From contig DASQZA010000410.1 in NCBI GenBank assembly GCA_035638935.1, forward strand, positions 1 to 56,912: DNA of 56,912 bases, read 5' to 3'. Below, piece by piece: positions 10,954 through 20,774 of this stretch (the first letter of the stretch is position 1; every line of letters begins with the position of its first letter). Below the pieces are notes generated by a model. That model worked only from the letters and a program-made list of their open reading frames with translations. It had not been told where the DNA came from and did no database searches. The DNA comes from Gemmatimonas sp. (GTDB taxonomy: Bacteria; Gemmatimonadota; Gemmatimonadetes; Gemmatimonadales; Gemmatimonadaceae). The position numbers and the translations under genes were made by a program.

Positions 10954-13900
10954 TAGAAACTGCTCGAGCGATAGGTCTGCCGATCGTAGTTGAACTTCAA
11001 CTCTGGTTGCGCCTTCAGCGCGATGAAGAAGTTGAATGCGAAATTGCCATTGGGTGCCTGCGTGAACGAGAAGACCGCGTTCCAGTCATGCAGCGAACGT
11101 TGCAGTCCGATCTGCTGGCTGGCAAACCGGGCGCGGGTCACGTCGTATTGCGTCGACCACTGGGCCGCCCAGTTCTGCGTGATGTTGAAGTTCACGGCGG
11201 ACGTGACGTTCTGCACCGGCGGGGAGATATAGACCGGGCCACCGCGGGTGGTCCCCTCGAAATTTTGTCCCGTGGGTGGCGAACTGGTGGCGGTCTGGAT
11301 GCAGCGATCGAACGCGGCGATCCCGAACACGCGTTGCCCTTCGCACTGTGCGGCCGGGTCATTCACGATCTGCGTGCCGCCGAAGGGCGGGCGTTGCCGC
11401 GCAATGTTGTACTGCAGGTTGAGCTGCCAGCCACCACCGGAGGGCAGCTGTACCTGAGTACCGCGCATCGTGCCGCCCGCCGCGTTCTGCTGCCGGGACT
11501 GCAATGCAACATTGGCCTCGTTCTGCGTCTGGAGCCGACGCGTATCAGCCGACGCTGCGTCGATCACGGACCTCCGACCCAGGAGGCGGCTGAACAGACC
11601 GAAGATGCCGGACTTGCCATCGAGGCTGAACGAAAGGGCGACGTCCGTCAGAAACGGCTTGAACTGCGCCGTGTCCGAGAGATAGTTGCCCTGGAACAGG
11701 TCGTATCCCGCGCGAAAGTCGAGTCCCGGCAGCAGATCGGTGTTCGCCGAAATCGAGAAGTTCGGCGTGGCGATACCACGGCCGGTGCTGTCCGCGCGAA
11801 CGAAATCGTATGCGAGCGAGGAAAAGTTGAGCGACACCAGCTTGATCTTGCGTCCGCCTTCGGCCGGCCCGAGAGGCGACCCCACAGTCGGGTTGCCGGC
11901 ATTGCGCCCCGTTGCACCCGGCAGCGGACGCTCCCCGGCGCTCGCTTGCAATGAGTCGGCGTTCACCGAGTCGGCAAGCGTCGTTGGAGCGGGCGGCGTT
12001 GCACCACCTTCCTCCGGTGTGCGCTCACGGAGCTTGCCCTCGATATTCGTGCTCAGACCGAATGAGATGACACTTCGCTTGAGCGCACCGAGGTAGCCTG
12101 ACCGAACATCGCCGACCGCGGCGAGAAATTGGTCGCTCACCGTTGCCTGCGGCGAGAATCCGAAGCTCATCGTCGGCGAGATCGTATGGCGGAACCGGCT
12201 GATGGGCCCGATGCCGGGGTAGAACCCGTACACCGTCGGCGATGCAGACACCTGATACACGAGTCGCACGCCCTGTGACACGTACGCACCGCCGCTCCGC
12301 TCGGTCCGAACGAGCAGCCCCGAGCGGCCGTCGATCTTCTCGATGTTCACCGATGGCGTGACGTTCCAGCTCCCCTGAAAGAAGCGCGGAAGGTTGAAGG
12401 ACGTGGTCCAGTCGATATTCGTGGCGAACGTCTTCGCGAAGACGCGGATCGTGCGCTGCGATGTGTCGCTGACGTTCACGACTTCGCGTTGCTCCGGGTA
12501 GTCGTTGAATGCCTCGCGAATCGCGAACGCATTGTTCCACTGGAAATCACCGATCTTGATCGGCGTGTCGAAGGCGAAGTCCAGATTGCGACGGCCCGCG
12601 CGCACTCGAGTGCTGTCGAGTCTACCGAGGCTGTTTTGCGAATAGACGAACGGAAACTGCAGTCCCTGATCGATCTTCTGCGACGACTGGATGTTGAACC
12701 GCAATGCCGGCGTCCAGCTGAACACCTCGTTCCCGAGCGTTCCGGTGCTGACGTTGAACGACGGGAAGCTGAGGTCGACCTGCGAACGGCCCGGGTATTG
12801 GACGCGTGAGCCACCGGTATTGATCGAGGCCGGCCCAATCTTCGTCTGATAAGTCAAGTCGGAGCGGATCGTCGCATTCGCCTGCACCGGGTTCACGGTC
12901 GTGGCCCGTTGCACCAGGGTGTTCTGCACGAAGTTGATGCGGGACGTCAGACGCGTCTGCCGCGAGAAGTCCTGATTGTGGTTCCAGGTGACGGCGGTGT
13001 TGGTCGTGCCGTTGCGCTGGGCCATGTACGACACGGCGGTCTCGCCGGTGATGAAGCGGTTGAGCCACCGGTACCGGTACTGCACGTTTCCGCGCAGGAA
13101 CCCAGGATCGAAGTCGCTGCCACGCGCGCCGCTTCGCCAGTCGAACGACGCCTCGGCGTTCATGTAATCGCTGATGGCGAAGAAGTAGCCGATGTTGGAG
13201 ATGCTGCGACGGTACGACGGGCTGTTGCGCAGCAGTTCGGCGATGCCGAAGCTCGGAGTCAACAGCCCGCTCCGACGTCCCTGCCGGGTGTCCTGCACGA
13301 AAAACGGCAACCAGAAGACCGGGACCTCGCCGATGTACAGCAACCCCGATCGCGCGACCATGATGTTCTCGGACACGTACTTCATGTCGCGAGCGGTAAA
13401 ATGAAAATGGGGTTCGGCGTGATCGCAGTACGTGAACGAGCCGTCCTTGGCGTACACCGTGTGCCGCCCCGCGACGAGGGTGTCGCCGAAGAAGGAGCCG
13501 CGCTTCGCTCTGATGAACAGCTTCTGGCCGCTGGTCACGGCCGTGGAGAACTCGCCGAAGGTGCCCTGTCGCGCGTTCAGGTCGTAGTCCAGGCGACCGC
13601 GCGCAATGAAGTCGTCCGCGCCTTGCTGCGTCGGATCGCGGATGATTGCGGTATCGGAGATGACGGATACGAATTTCAGCGAGTCGTTGTACACGATCGA
13701 ATCGCCGATGAGCATCGTCGCGTCACGTTTGACGGCGGCCGGCAGCCCGTTCAAGGTGAGCAGGCGGGTCAACGCATCGAATCGGACGCGATCGCCCTGG
13801 TACTGCACCTTCCGGTATCCCGGACGCGACATGAGCTCCCGCATCGTGGAGTCCGGCGCCGCAAAATCGAAGGGACGCGGCGGCACGCGTTGCAAGGAGT

Positions 13901-14024
13901 CGAGCGGCTGGCTGGGGACACCGGGGCGAGCGGGCTGCGCCACTGGCGGCTGCTGCCCCTGCGCGGCGGATGCCGGGGACACCAATGCCGCAATGGCGAG
14001 CGACAGGGCCACTAGGAGACGCAT
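10953..14024 (-). CDS. lptD: LPS-assembly outer-membrane protein LptD-like
   Basis: Signal peptide (MRLLVALSLA..), OstA-like N-domain, 'FTYCDHAEPHFHF', 'PVFWLPFF', 'RRSGLLTPSFG', then a beta-barrel ending in 'RSLHDWNA..F'. Confidence 0.8.
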   Translation of the reverse strand: MRLLVALSLAIAALVSPASAAQGQQPPVAQPARPGVPSQPLDSLQRVPPRPFDFAAPDSTMRELMSRPGYRKVQYQGDRVRFDALTRLLTLNGLPAAVKRDATMLIGDSIVYNDSLKFVSVISDTAIIRDPTQQGADDFIARGRLDYDLNARQGTFGEFSTAVTSGQKLFIRAKRGSFFGDTLVAGRHTVYAKDGSFTYCDHAEPHFHFTARDMKYVSENIMVARSGLLYIGEVPVFWLPFFVQDTRQGRRSGLLTPSFGIAELLRNSPSYRRSISNIGYFFAISDYMNAEASFDWRSGARGSDFDPGFLRGNVQYRYRWLNRFITGETAVSYMAQRNGTTNTAVTWNHNQDFSRQTRLTSRINFVQNTLVQRATTVNPVQANATIRSDLTYQTKIGPASINTGGSRVQYPGRSQVDLSFPSFNVSTGTLGNEVFSWTPALRFNIQSSQKIDQGLQFPFVYSQNSLGRLDSTRVRAGRRNLDFAFDTPIKIGDFQWNNAFAIREAFNDYPEQREVVNVSDTSQRTIRVFAKTFATNIDWTTSFNLPRFFQGSWNVTPSVNIEKIDGRSGLLVRTERSGGAYVSQGVRLVYQVSASPTVYGFYPGIGPISRFRHTISPTMSFGFSPQATVSDQFLAAVGDVRSGYLGALKRSVISFGLSTNIEGKLRERTPEEGGATPPAPTTLADSVNADSLQASAGERPLPGATGRNAGNPTVGSPLGPAEGGRKIKLVSLNFSSLAYDFVRADSTGRGIATPNFSISANTDLLPGLDFRAGYDLFQGNYLSDTAQFKPFLTDVALSFSLDGKSGIFGLFSRLLGRRSVIDAASADTRRLQTQNEANVALQSRQQNAAGGTMRGTQVQLPSGGGWQLNLQYNIARQRPPFGGTQIVNDPAAQCEGQRVFGIAAFDRCIQTATSSPPTGQNFEGTTRGGPVYISPPVQNVTSAVNFNITQNWAAQWSTQYDVTRARFASQQIGLQRSLHDWNAVFSFTQAPNGNFAFNFFIALKAQPELKFNYDRQTYRSSSF

Positions 14025-14025
14025 G

Positions 14026-14802
14026 TCAGACCAGCTCGAGCGATTCCTGCCGTGCAATCCGCTTCTCGCGACGCGAGAAGACGAGACGGGACAGCCAGAT
14101 CGAACCTTCGTACAGGAAGTACAGCGGGACGGTGAGGAACAGCAGCGCGGTCGGGGCGTCGCCCGGCGTGATCACGGCGGCAGCGATGATGCAGCCCACG
14201 AAGGCATGTCGCCGAAATTTGACCAGCATCGCTGGCGTGACGATGCCGAGCATCGTCAGCAGCAGGATGACGATCGGGAGCTCGAATACGGCGCCGAACG
14301 AAATGCAGATCTTGAAGACGAAATCGAAGTACGCGCTCACGGTCAACATCGACGTGACGGTGTCGCTTTGCAGCCCGAGCAGAAACTTGAGCGTGACTGG
14401 AAGGGCAAAGAAAAACGCCAGCGCCATGCCGCCGAGAAACAGGAATGCGGCTCCGACAAGTGTCGGGATGATGACTTTCTTCTCGTGACCGTACAGCGCC
14501 GGTGACAGGAAGCCCCAGATCTGCCACACGATCACGGGCGACGCGAGGATCAATCCGAGCGTGATCGACATGTCCATGTAGACCTCGAAAATGTCGCTCG
14601 GACGCGTCGCGATCAGCGTTCCCTTCATGTACGGCAGCGCCGGCTTCGCAAGAATTCCGATCAGGTCGAACGCCTGGCTGTAGATCAGCGCGAAGGACGC
14701 GCCCACCGTGATGGCGATGGCAAGTGCACTCTTGAACAGTCGCCACCGCAGCTCCTCGAGGTGTTCGAGGAACGGCATCTCATGTTTGGGCTCGCCAGTC
14801 AT
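14026..14802 (-). CDS. tatC: Twin-arginine translocase subunit TatC
   Basis: 'MPFLEHLEELRWRL', 'QIWGFLSPALYGHEK', 'FGAVFELP', 'AAVITPGD', 'LYE'. Confidence 0.97.
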   Translation of the reverse strand: MTGEPKHEMPFLEHLEELRWRLFKSALAIAITVGASFALIYSQAFDLIGILAKPALPYMKGTLIATRPSDIFEVYMDMSITLGLILASPVIVWQIWGFLSPALYGHEKKVIIPTLVGAAFLFLGGMALAFFFALPVTLKFLLGLQSDTVTSMLTVSAYFDFVFKICISFGAVFELPIVILLLTMLGIVTPAMLVKFRRHAFVGCIIAAAVITPGDAPTALLFLTVPLYFLYEGSIWLSRLVFSRREKRIARQESLELV

Positions 14803-14836
14803 TCGGAGGTCGTCAGCGTCGGCAGCAGGGCGCGCG

Positions 14837-15679
14837 CTACAGGCGCGCCTTCAACCGTTCGGCCGCCAGCCCTGCTTCATCGCTGCGCGGGTATCGCGCG
14901 ATGACTTCACTCCAGAACTTGCGTGCTTCCGGCAGGTTGTTCTGCAGCTCGAACACGGTGCCCCGCTTGTAAAGCGCGGTTGCCGCCTTCGGATGCGTGG
15001 GATAGCTCGTCACGACAGCAGCATACGCCGATTCGGCGGCCGGGTAGTTCTTCTCCTTCAGGTACGAATCGGCGATGCTGATCTGCGCTTCCGGTGCGAG
15101 ATCGGACGTCGGGTAATCGAGCAGCAGTTTCTGAAACAGCATGCGTGCGGTGCCGTTGCTTCCGCGCGAGAGCTGATCACGCCCGTTCGTGTAGAGCGCA
15201 GCGGGGCCAGGCCCCGAGGAATCGGCTAGCGGAGCTACCGCAGTGGGGGGCACCGCGCTGCCTGGCGCGCCGGCTGCCGGTGGCACGCCCACCGGCTGAG
15301 CCATCTGCTGCTGCTGGTTGTTGCGCGCCTCGAGGTCCGCGCGCAGCCGCTTGAGCGTCTGATCGCTTTGCCCGAGCAATGACTGGATCTGCAGCAACTG
15401 CTCCTTGATGGCGCGCGACTCGCCACGAACGTCGCCTTGCACCGAAACGGTTCGGGCGCTCAGGCGGCCGAGCGAATCACTTGCCGCGTTCACCAATGCC
15501 GTCACCGCCTGAATGTCGGCGCGGATCTGCGCGTCGTTGCGAACCATCTCCAGCCGGAGCGACGCAACGTCGGTCTGCACAACCCGCACGTCACTTCGCG
15601 TGGCGAAACAGCCCCCCACGGCAAACAGTGCCGTGAGGGGAACGAGTCGGGCTGCACGAGAGACGGGCAGGAACTTCAT
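14837..15679 (-). CDS. cpoB: Tol-Pal system protein CpoB/YbgF (lipoprotein, coiled coil + TPR)
   Basis: Lipobox 'AVGGC', coiled-coil N-half, TPRs 'YPTSDLAPEAQ', 'YPTHPKAATALYK', 'YPRSDEAGLA'. Directly after pal. Confidence 0.85.
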   Translation of the reverse strand: MKFLPVSRAARLVPLTALFAVGGCFATRSDVRVVQTDVASLRLEMVRNDAQIRADIQAVTALVNAASDSLGRLSARTVSVQGDVRGESRAIKEQLLQIQSLLGQSDQTLKRLRADLEARNNQQQQMAQPVGVPPAAGAPGSAVPPTAVAPLADSSGPGPAALYTNGRDQLSRGSNGTARMLFQKLLLDYPTSDLAPEAQISIADSYLKEKNYPAAESAYAAVVTSYPTHPKAATALYKRGTVFELQNNLPEARKFWSEVIARYPRSDEAGLAAERLKARL

Positions 15680-15692
15680 GATCACCTGGGTA

Positions 15693-16259
15693 TCACCTGG
15701 CTGGACGGATTTGATCGGCGCCGGTCGTGATCTTGACCTCGTCGCGACGGTTCTGGGCCCAGGCTTCTTCGCCGGTGCCCTGCACTGCCGGACGCTCGCG
15801 CCCGAAGGACACGGTCTCGACGCGAGCAGCGTCGACGCCACGATCGGTAAGATAGCGCTTTGCCGCTTCAGCACGACGACGCCCCAGCACGATGTTGTAC
15901 TCGTCATCGCCACGTTCGTCACAGTGACCTTCGATCATGATGCGGACTGAAGGATTGGCAGCCATCAGTCGCACCTTCGCATCGAGGTTCGTCCGGGCGT
16001 CGTCCCGCAGCTCGTCCGAATTGTATTCGAAGTAGATGGTCTGGGAGAGCGCGCGCACGGCTTCCTCACGCTCGCGACGCTCACGCTCAGCCGCGCCGTT
16101 GTCCGGCGTCGCGGCCGGCACTTCCGGATTACGCACGGGCGTGACTGGGCCAGCGTTCGGTACGGGCTCCGGGGTCACCGTGGGCGGAGTCTTCTTGCGG
16201 CAGGCGCTGAGAACCAACGGAAGTGCAACTGCAACCAACAACAGACGAGAACGGTTCAT
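15693..16259 (-). CDS. pal: Peptidoglycan-associated lipoprotein
   Basis: Lipobox 'LSAC', OmpA_C motifs 'IYFEYNS', 'IEGHCDERGDDEYNIVLGRRRA', 'SFGRERP', 'NRR'. Confidence 0.93.
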   Translation of the reverse strand: MNRSRLLLVAVALPLVLSACRKKTPPTVTPEPVPNAGPVTPVRNPEVPAATPDNGAAERERREREEAVRALSQTIYFEYNSDELRDDARTNLDAKVRLMAANPSVRIMIEGHCDERGDDEYNIVLGRRRAEAAKRYLTDRGVDAARVETVSFGRERPAVQGTGEEAWAQNRRDEVKITTGADQIRPAR

Positions 16260-16368
16260 TGATCGATAGCTCCGCAAAGGAGTGTGAAGAAAACCACATC
16301 AACGGGGTGGAGAGTATCCCGTCGCACGAACGAAAAGTGGAAGCACAACTACGTACGACGGCTGCGTC

Positions 16369-17658
16369 TCACGGCGCTGACAGCCTCGGCGACCACGCTC
16401 CCAGTCGAGCGTCCGAACCGCGTGTCAGCTGCCGTGTCCGGCCAGTATCCCGGTCGACGACCCACAGCTGACGGTTACCGGATCGCGTCGACGTGAACAC
16501 GAGATGCCGTGAATCCGGCGCCCACGACGCGCTTTCGTTGCGCCCGTCGCTCGTGACCTGCCGTGCCGACTGGTCGCGCAAGTTGATCGTCACGATCTGA
16601 AAAGAACCACCGAGCTCGGCATGATAGGCCACGAACTGTCCGTCCGGAGACCAGTCTGGGCTGTACTTGTCCGCGCGCTCACCGAAGCTGCCTGAAACGA
16701 GCGCTTCGGTGTTCGTACCGTCGACGTCGCTAATATAAACCTCCCGGCGACCGGTGCGATCGGAGGAGTACGCGATGCGCTGACCGTCAGGGCTGAACGA
16801 CGGCGAGTAGCTGCCCTTCCCTCGTCCGAGGGTGATGCGTTGCGGGGTGCCGCCCGCAAACGGGACGCTGAACAGGTCCGCACCATTGCCGTCGACCCGG
16901 GTGAACACGACGGTTCGACCGTCGGGCGACACCGCCGGCGACATGCCCTGGACGCCGCGCGCAGCACTCAGGGTTCGCTGCGAACCCGTCGCCAGATCCG
17001 TCACGAGTACCGGATCGTCTCCGCCGACGCTGCCCATGTACACAAGCGCTTGTCCGCCGGGAGTCCACTGCGGCGAAAGGCCTCGAGCCGTCACGGGTCT
17101 CAGGCCCGCACCATCCTGATCGACGGTCCAGATGCGGCGATCACGTTCGAACGCGATTCGTGTGGACGCGATACCGCGTTGACCGGTGATCCACTCCTCG
17201 ACCATGTCGGAGATGGTGTGCACCTGGTAACGCCAGCTCCCCTGCGACATTGCGCCGGTGAGTGGGAAATCCTTCTGGTTGAGGATTGCCGAGGTTCCGA
17301 CATCGTGGAGGATGATTCGCACCCAGCCCGACGGAAGCAGCGTACCCTGCACGACGCCCTGCACGCCAAGCTTCGCGTACACGCTGTAGTTGATCGGACC
17401 GTTCGTCTGCATCACGCTCGACGGCGGAACGACGGCGAACCGATCACTGAAATCGAGATCGCGACCGATGATGGTCGCGATGGAGTCGCCATTCGTGCCA
17501 CGAACCGGGAGCACGAGTAGCGATTGCTTTTCGCTCCGGTTGTACTTGGTGAGACTGAGCGACACGCCCGCCGGCTGTTGCGCCCCGGCGATGTCCGGCG
17601 TGGCGACGAACAGCTGCAGCGCCGCCAGCAGCGCCATCGCCCGATGCGCTGGCAACAT
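16369..17658 (-). CDS. tolB: TolB family beta-propeller protein
   Basis: TolB N-domain ('IIGRDLDFSDRF') followed by PD40 repeats (SPDGR, SPSFSPDGQRIAY, SPDWSPDG, WAPDSRHLVF). Start codon approximate. Confidence 0.88.
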   Translation of the reverse strand: MLPAHRAMALLAALQLFVATPDIAGAQQPAGVSLSLTKYNRSEKQSLLVLPVRGTNGDSIATIIGRDLDFSDRFAVVPPSSVMQTNGPINYSVYAKLGVQGVVQGTLLPSGWVRIILHDVGTSAILNQKDFPLTGAMSQGSWRYQVHTISDMVEEWITGQRGIASTRIAFERDRRIWTVDQDGAGLRPVTARGLSPQWTPGGQALVYMGSVGGDDPVLVTDLATGSQRTLSAARGVQGMSPAVSPDGRTVVFTRVDGNGADLFSVPFAGGTPQRITLGRGKGSYSPSFSPDGQRIAYSSDRTGRREVYISDVDGTNTEALVSGSFGERADKYSPDWSPDGQFVAYHAELGGSFQIVTINLRDQSARQVTSDGRNESASWAPDSRHLVFTSTRSGNRQLWVVDRDTGRTRQLTRGSDARLGAWSPRLSAP

Positions 17659-17710
17659 CAGGCGAGCAGCGCGCGTGATGGATGAACTTACGAAATCTTT
17701 ACTCAAGGCA

Positions 17711-18481
17711 TCAGGGACGGAGGGCATAGTCGAACGTGAAATAGACCACCAGTACATCATCCGCATACCCCGCGGGTAGCGGGCCGAATCCGCGTGTCGA
17801 ACCCACGGCTTCGACGGCACCCATGGCGTCCGTGTCGTAGATAAAATCGCCGGACTTTCGCACCACTTCCATCCCTACGACACTGCCATCGCGGCGAATC
17901 ATGAACTTCACTTCGGCGGTGAGCACCGGCGACTTTGACTGAGGGCGCCAGGCGACCGCGAGCTTCTGCACGATTCTGCTCAGATACCCGGGGTACGGAA
18001 ACTCGATCCCGCGGATATTCACGTTGGCGACATCGGCACCCTTGCCGCCTTCCGCTCCGGCTCCCGCCTTCGGTGCAGCCGTCGCCTTCGTAGCCGGCGT
18101 CGCGGCCTTGCTGCCGGCTTCGCGCGTGCGCTCGGTCGAGGGTGTCGCCTTCACCGGTTTCGCGACTGGTGCGTTCGTCTTCGTCGCCACAGGCTTTGGA
18201 GGAGACGGCGGACGCTCTGCGCCCGATACTTCACGCGCGGCCGCGACGGGTTTATCCGCGGCATCCACGACACCCGCCTGGCGCGGGCCCGGTGGAGCGC
18301 CGACGAGTTGCACGCGATACACAGGTGGGCGCTCGACCTCCGCCCCTGCCGCCCAGAAAACGAACATCCCGATCACCGCTGCATGCAGAGCAACCGAAAA
18401 TGCGATTCCGCCTCGGACTGGCGATGTGCCCCGGGGGATGCCGCCCGGCATCGTCCCGAGACCAGAGTGTGGCGAAGTCAC
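17711..18481 (-). CDS. TolA/TonB-like energy transducer
   Basis: TM anchor 'SVALHA' (SxxxH), Pro/Ala/Lys-rich linker, TonB_C-like 'AEVKFMIRRDGSV..SG..YD..AMGAV'. GTG start overlaps the tolR stop (GTGA). Confidence 0.8.
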   Translation of the reverse strand: MTSPHSGLGTMPGGIPRGTSPVRGGIAFSVALHAAVIGMFVFWAAGAEVERPPVYRVQLVGAPPGPRQAGVVDAADKPVAAAREVSGAERPPSPPKPVATKTNAPVAKPVKATPSTERTREAGSKAATPATKATAAPKAGAGAEGGKGADVANVNIRGIEFPYPGYLSRIVQKLAVAWRPQSKSPVLTAEVKFMIRRDGSVVGMEVVRKSGDFIYDTDAMGAVEAVGSTRGFGPLPAGYADDVLVVYFTFDYALRP

Positions 18482-18894
18482 TCGCCCCCCGTCTCCGGAA
18501 CTCCGATCAGGCTCACGTTCTGTATGCCGGCGCGCGTTGCCGCGCCAATCACCTGCAACACGATGCCGTAGTCGCCATTGGCATCGCCACGCAGGTACAG
18601 CGCGCCGCCACCAGCTTTCGTCCACAGTGGCTTCACGCCGGCGCGGAATTCGTCGAGGCTGAATTCCGTCTCGTCGACGAAGATGCGCCCGTTCCTGTCC
18701 ACGGTCACGGTGAGCCCGCCCTTCGCCTCGACGGGTCGCACATCGGCCTCCGGCAGCGCGATCTCGACGCCGCCCTGCATGATGGGCGCGGTGATCATGA
18801 AGATCACCATGAGCAGCATCATCACGTCGATCAGCGACACCACGTTGATCTCGGCGTTCACGCCCATGCGCTCCGCGCGACGACGGCGCCCCAC
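18478..18894 (-). CDS. tolR: TolR/ExbD family protein
   Basis: 'AEINVVSLIDVMMLLMVIFMITAP', 'LRGDANGDYG'. Confidence 0.9.
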   Translation of the reverse strand: MGRRRRAERMGVNAEINVVSLIDVMMLLMVIFMITAPIMQGGVEIALPEADVRPVEAKGGLTVTVDRNGRIFVDETEFSLDEFRAGVKPLWTKAGGGALYLRGDANGDYGIVLQVIGAATRAGIQNVSLIGVPETGGE

Positions 18895-18896
18895 GG

Positions 18897-19655
18897 CTAG
18901 ATGCGCCCCTCGCGCACCATCAGGGCAATCAACTCCGAGCCGAATCCTTCAAGCTCGTTGTCGATACGATTGAGGCGCGCAGCGAACAGGTTGTACGCAA
19001 AAGCAGCCGGAATCGCGACGGCGAGAGCGGCGGCCGTCGCCACAAGCGCCGTCGCGATGCCGGGAGCAACCGCGCTGATGTTCCCAGACCCTTTGGCAAC
19101 GATGCCCGCGAAGGCGCTGATGACCCCGAGCACGGTACCCAGGAGGCCGATGAGCGGGCTCACGCTACCAACAGTCGCGAGCCACGGTACGTAGCGACCC
19201 AACTCTTCACGCTCCTTGCCGCCTTCCGACTCGAGCACCAGGTGCAATGCTTCGACCTGCGAACCGGACAGCTTTGCCGCACGGTCTGCAGTGGCCGCCA
19301 TGGCAGGCTTCGTGTCGTTCAGGAACTGCACGGCCCGCGAGAAGACCGCAGTGAACGCGCTCGGCTTCGCACGCTGCGCAAACGCCATGGCTTCGTCGAT
19401 GCCATGCGCCCGCTCGAAGTCGCGCACGAACGATTGCCCGTTCTTTTCGGCGACGCTGAACGCACGCCACTTGCTGAACATGATTCCCCACGACAGCAGC
19501 GACAGCAGCACGAGCAGGATCAGCACGATCTTCGTGATGAGGTCACTGTTCATGATCAACGACACCATCGACATCGATTCAGCCGCGCCGCCCCCCGCCG
19601 CGGGCGATAGCTGCGTCAGGAGCATCGGCACGATCAGCGCCGCGTGCACGCTCAC
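18897..19655 (-). CDS. tolQ: TolQ/ExbB (MotA family) proton channel
   Basis: 'LATVGSVSPLIGLLGTVLGVI', 'VAPGIATALVATAAALAVAIPA..AYN'. Confidence 0.9.
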   Translation of the reverse strand: MSVHAALIVPMLLTQLSPAAGGGAAESMSMVSLIMNSDLITKIVLILLVLLSLLSWGIMFSKWRAFSVAEKNGQSFVRDFERAHGIDEAMAFAQRAKPSAFTAVFSRAVQFLNDTKPAMAATADRAAKLSGSQVEALHLVLESEGGKEREELGRYVPWLATVGSVSPLIGLLGTVLGVISAFAGIVAKGSGNISAVAPGIATALVATAAALAVAIPAAFAYNLFAARLNRIDNELEGFGSELIALMVREGRI

Positions 19656-20635
19656 TCGCGAGCACCTGCGCCGCCCGACGCTGCCGCTCGACGATCGGCA
19701 AAGTAGCGGAACGTCTTCTCGAGCCCTTCAGCGAGTGACACCTGCGGGGCCCAGCCGAGGGCCTGCTGTGCCTTCGTCGTATTGAGTGCTGAACGCGCGA
19801 GTTCACCTGCACGTGCGGGAGCGTATTCGATATCCGAACTCGACCCGGACACCTGCGTCAGCGTGCGGGCAACCGTGTTCACGGACGTCTCGATGCCGGT
19901 GCCGATGTTGAACGCGCGCGCATCCACTCGGCCCGCGGCAGGCAACTCGTTCGTGGCCGCCGCAAAGTTGGCCGCCGCAACGTCACCGGCGTAGACGTAG
20001 TCACGCGTCTGTTCACCGTCGCCAAAGACGGTCAATGCGCGCTCGTCGAGCAACCGGTTGCAGAAGATGGCCACTACGCCTGCCTCGCCATGCGGGTCCT
20101 GTCGCGGGCCGTACACGTTGCCATAGCGCAGCGCGACGGTGGTCAGTCCATGAACTCGACCGTAGTACGCGAGGTAATACTCGACGGAGAGCTTGGCGAT
20201 CCCATACGGTGCCTCGGGATCCTTGGCATTGGTTTCCGCGCTTGGCGGGGGATCGAAATCGCCATACAGCGCACCACCGGTCGACGAGAAGATCACGCGC
20301 GTGTCATGACCGCTGGCTCTCACCGCCTCCATCAGGTTCAGCGTGCCAAGCACGTTGCGCGTGGCATCGTAGACCGGGTCGAGAACGCTCCGCCGCACGT
20401 CGATCTGCGCGGCCAGGTGACACATCACGTCGAAGCGACCATCCCGCACCAGCGCCGCTGCCTCCGGCGTCGTGATGTCGCCGCGTACGAACCGCACACC
20501 CGGCGCGACGTTCTCTTCGCGACCGCTGGAAAGATCGTCGAGCACCGTGACATCCCAGCCATCGGCCAGAAACCGATCGGCCACGTGTGATCCGATGAAC
20601 CCCGCCCCGCCCGTCACCAGCACTGTCTTCGCCAT
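19652..20635 (-). CDS. NAD-dependent epimerase/dehydratase (UDP-glucose 4-epimerase-like)
   Basis: 'VLVTGGAGFIGSH', 'HLAAQIDVRRS', YxxxK 'PYGIAK', 'RYGNVYGPRQDPHGEAGVV'. Confidence 0.9.
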   Translation of the reverse strand: MAKTVLVTGGAGFIGSHVADRFLADGWDVTVLDDLSSGREENVAPGVRFVRGDITTPEAAALVRDGRFDVMCHLAAQIDVRRSVLDPVYDATRNVLGTLNLMEAVRASGHDTRVIFSSTGGALYGDFDPPPSAETNAKDPEAPYGIAKLSVEYYLAYYGRVHGLTTVALRYGNVYGPRQDPHGEAGVVAIFCNRLLDERALTVFGDGEQTRDYVYAGDVAAANFAAATNELPAAGRVDARAFNIGTGIETSVNTVARTLTQVSGSSSDIEYAPARAGELARSALNTTKAQQALGWAPQVSLAEGLEKTFRYFADRRAAASGGAGARE

Positions 20636-20774
20636 GCCCGGTCGTCCTCAGCCGTAGAAGTAGATTGGCTCGGCCCAGGGGCCGGTTTGCCACGGCCGGA
20701 ATGTACACACGCGCCGGCGATTGGTGGTCGCCGGCGCGTGAATGCGTCGAGTGCTGCCTAGCGTGTCACCGCAT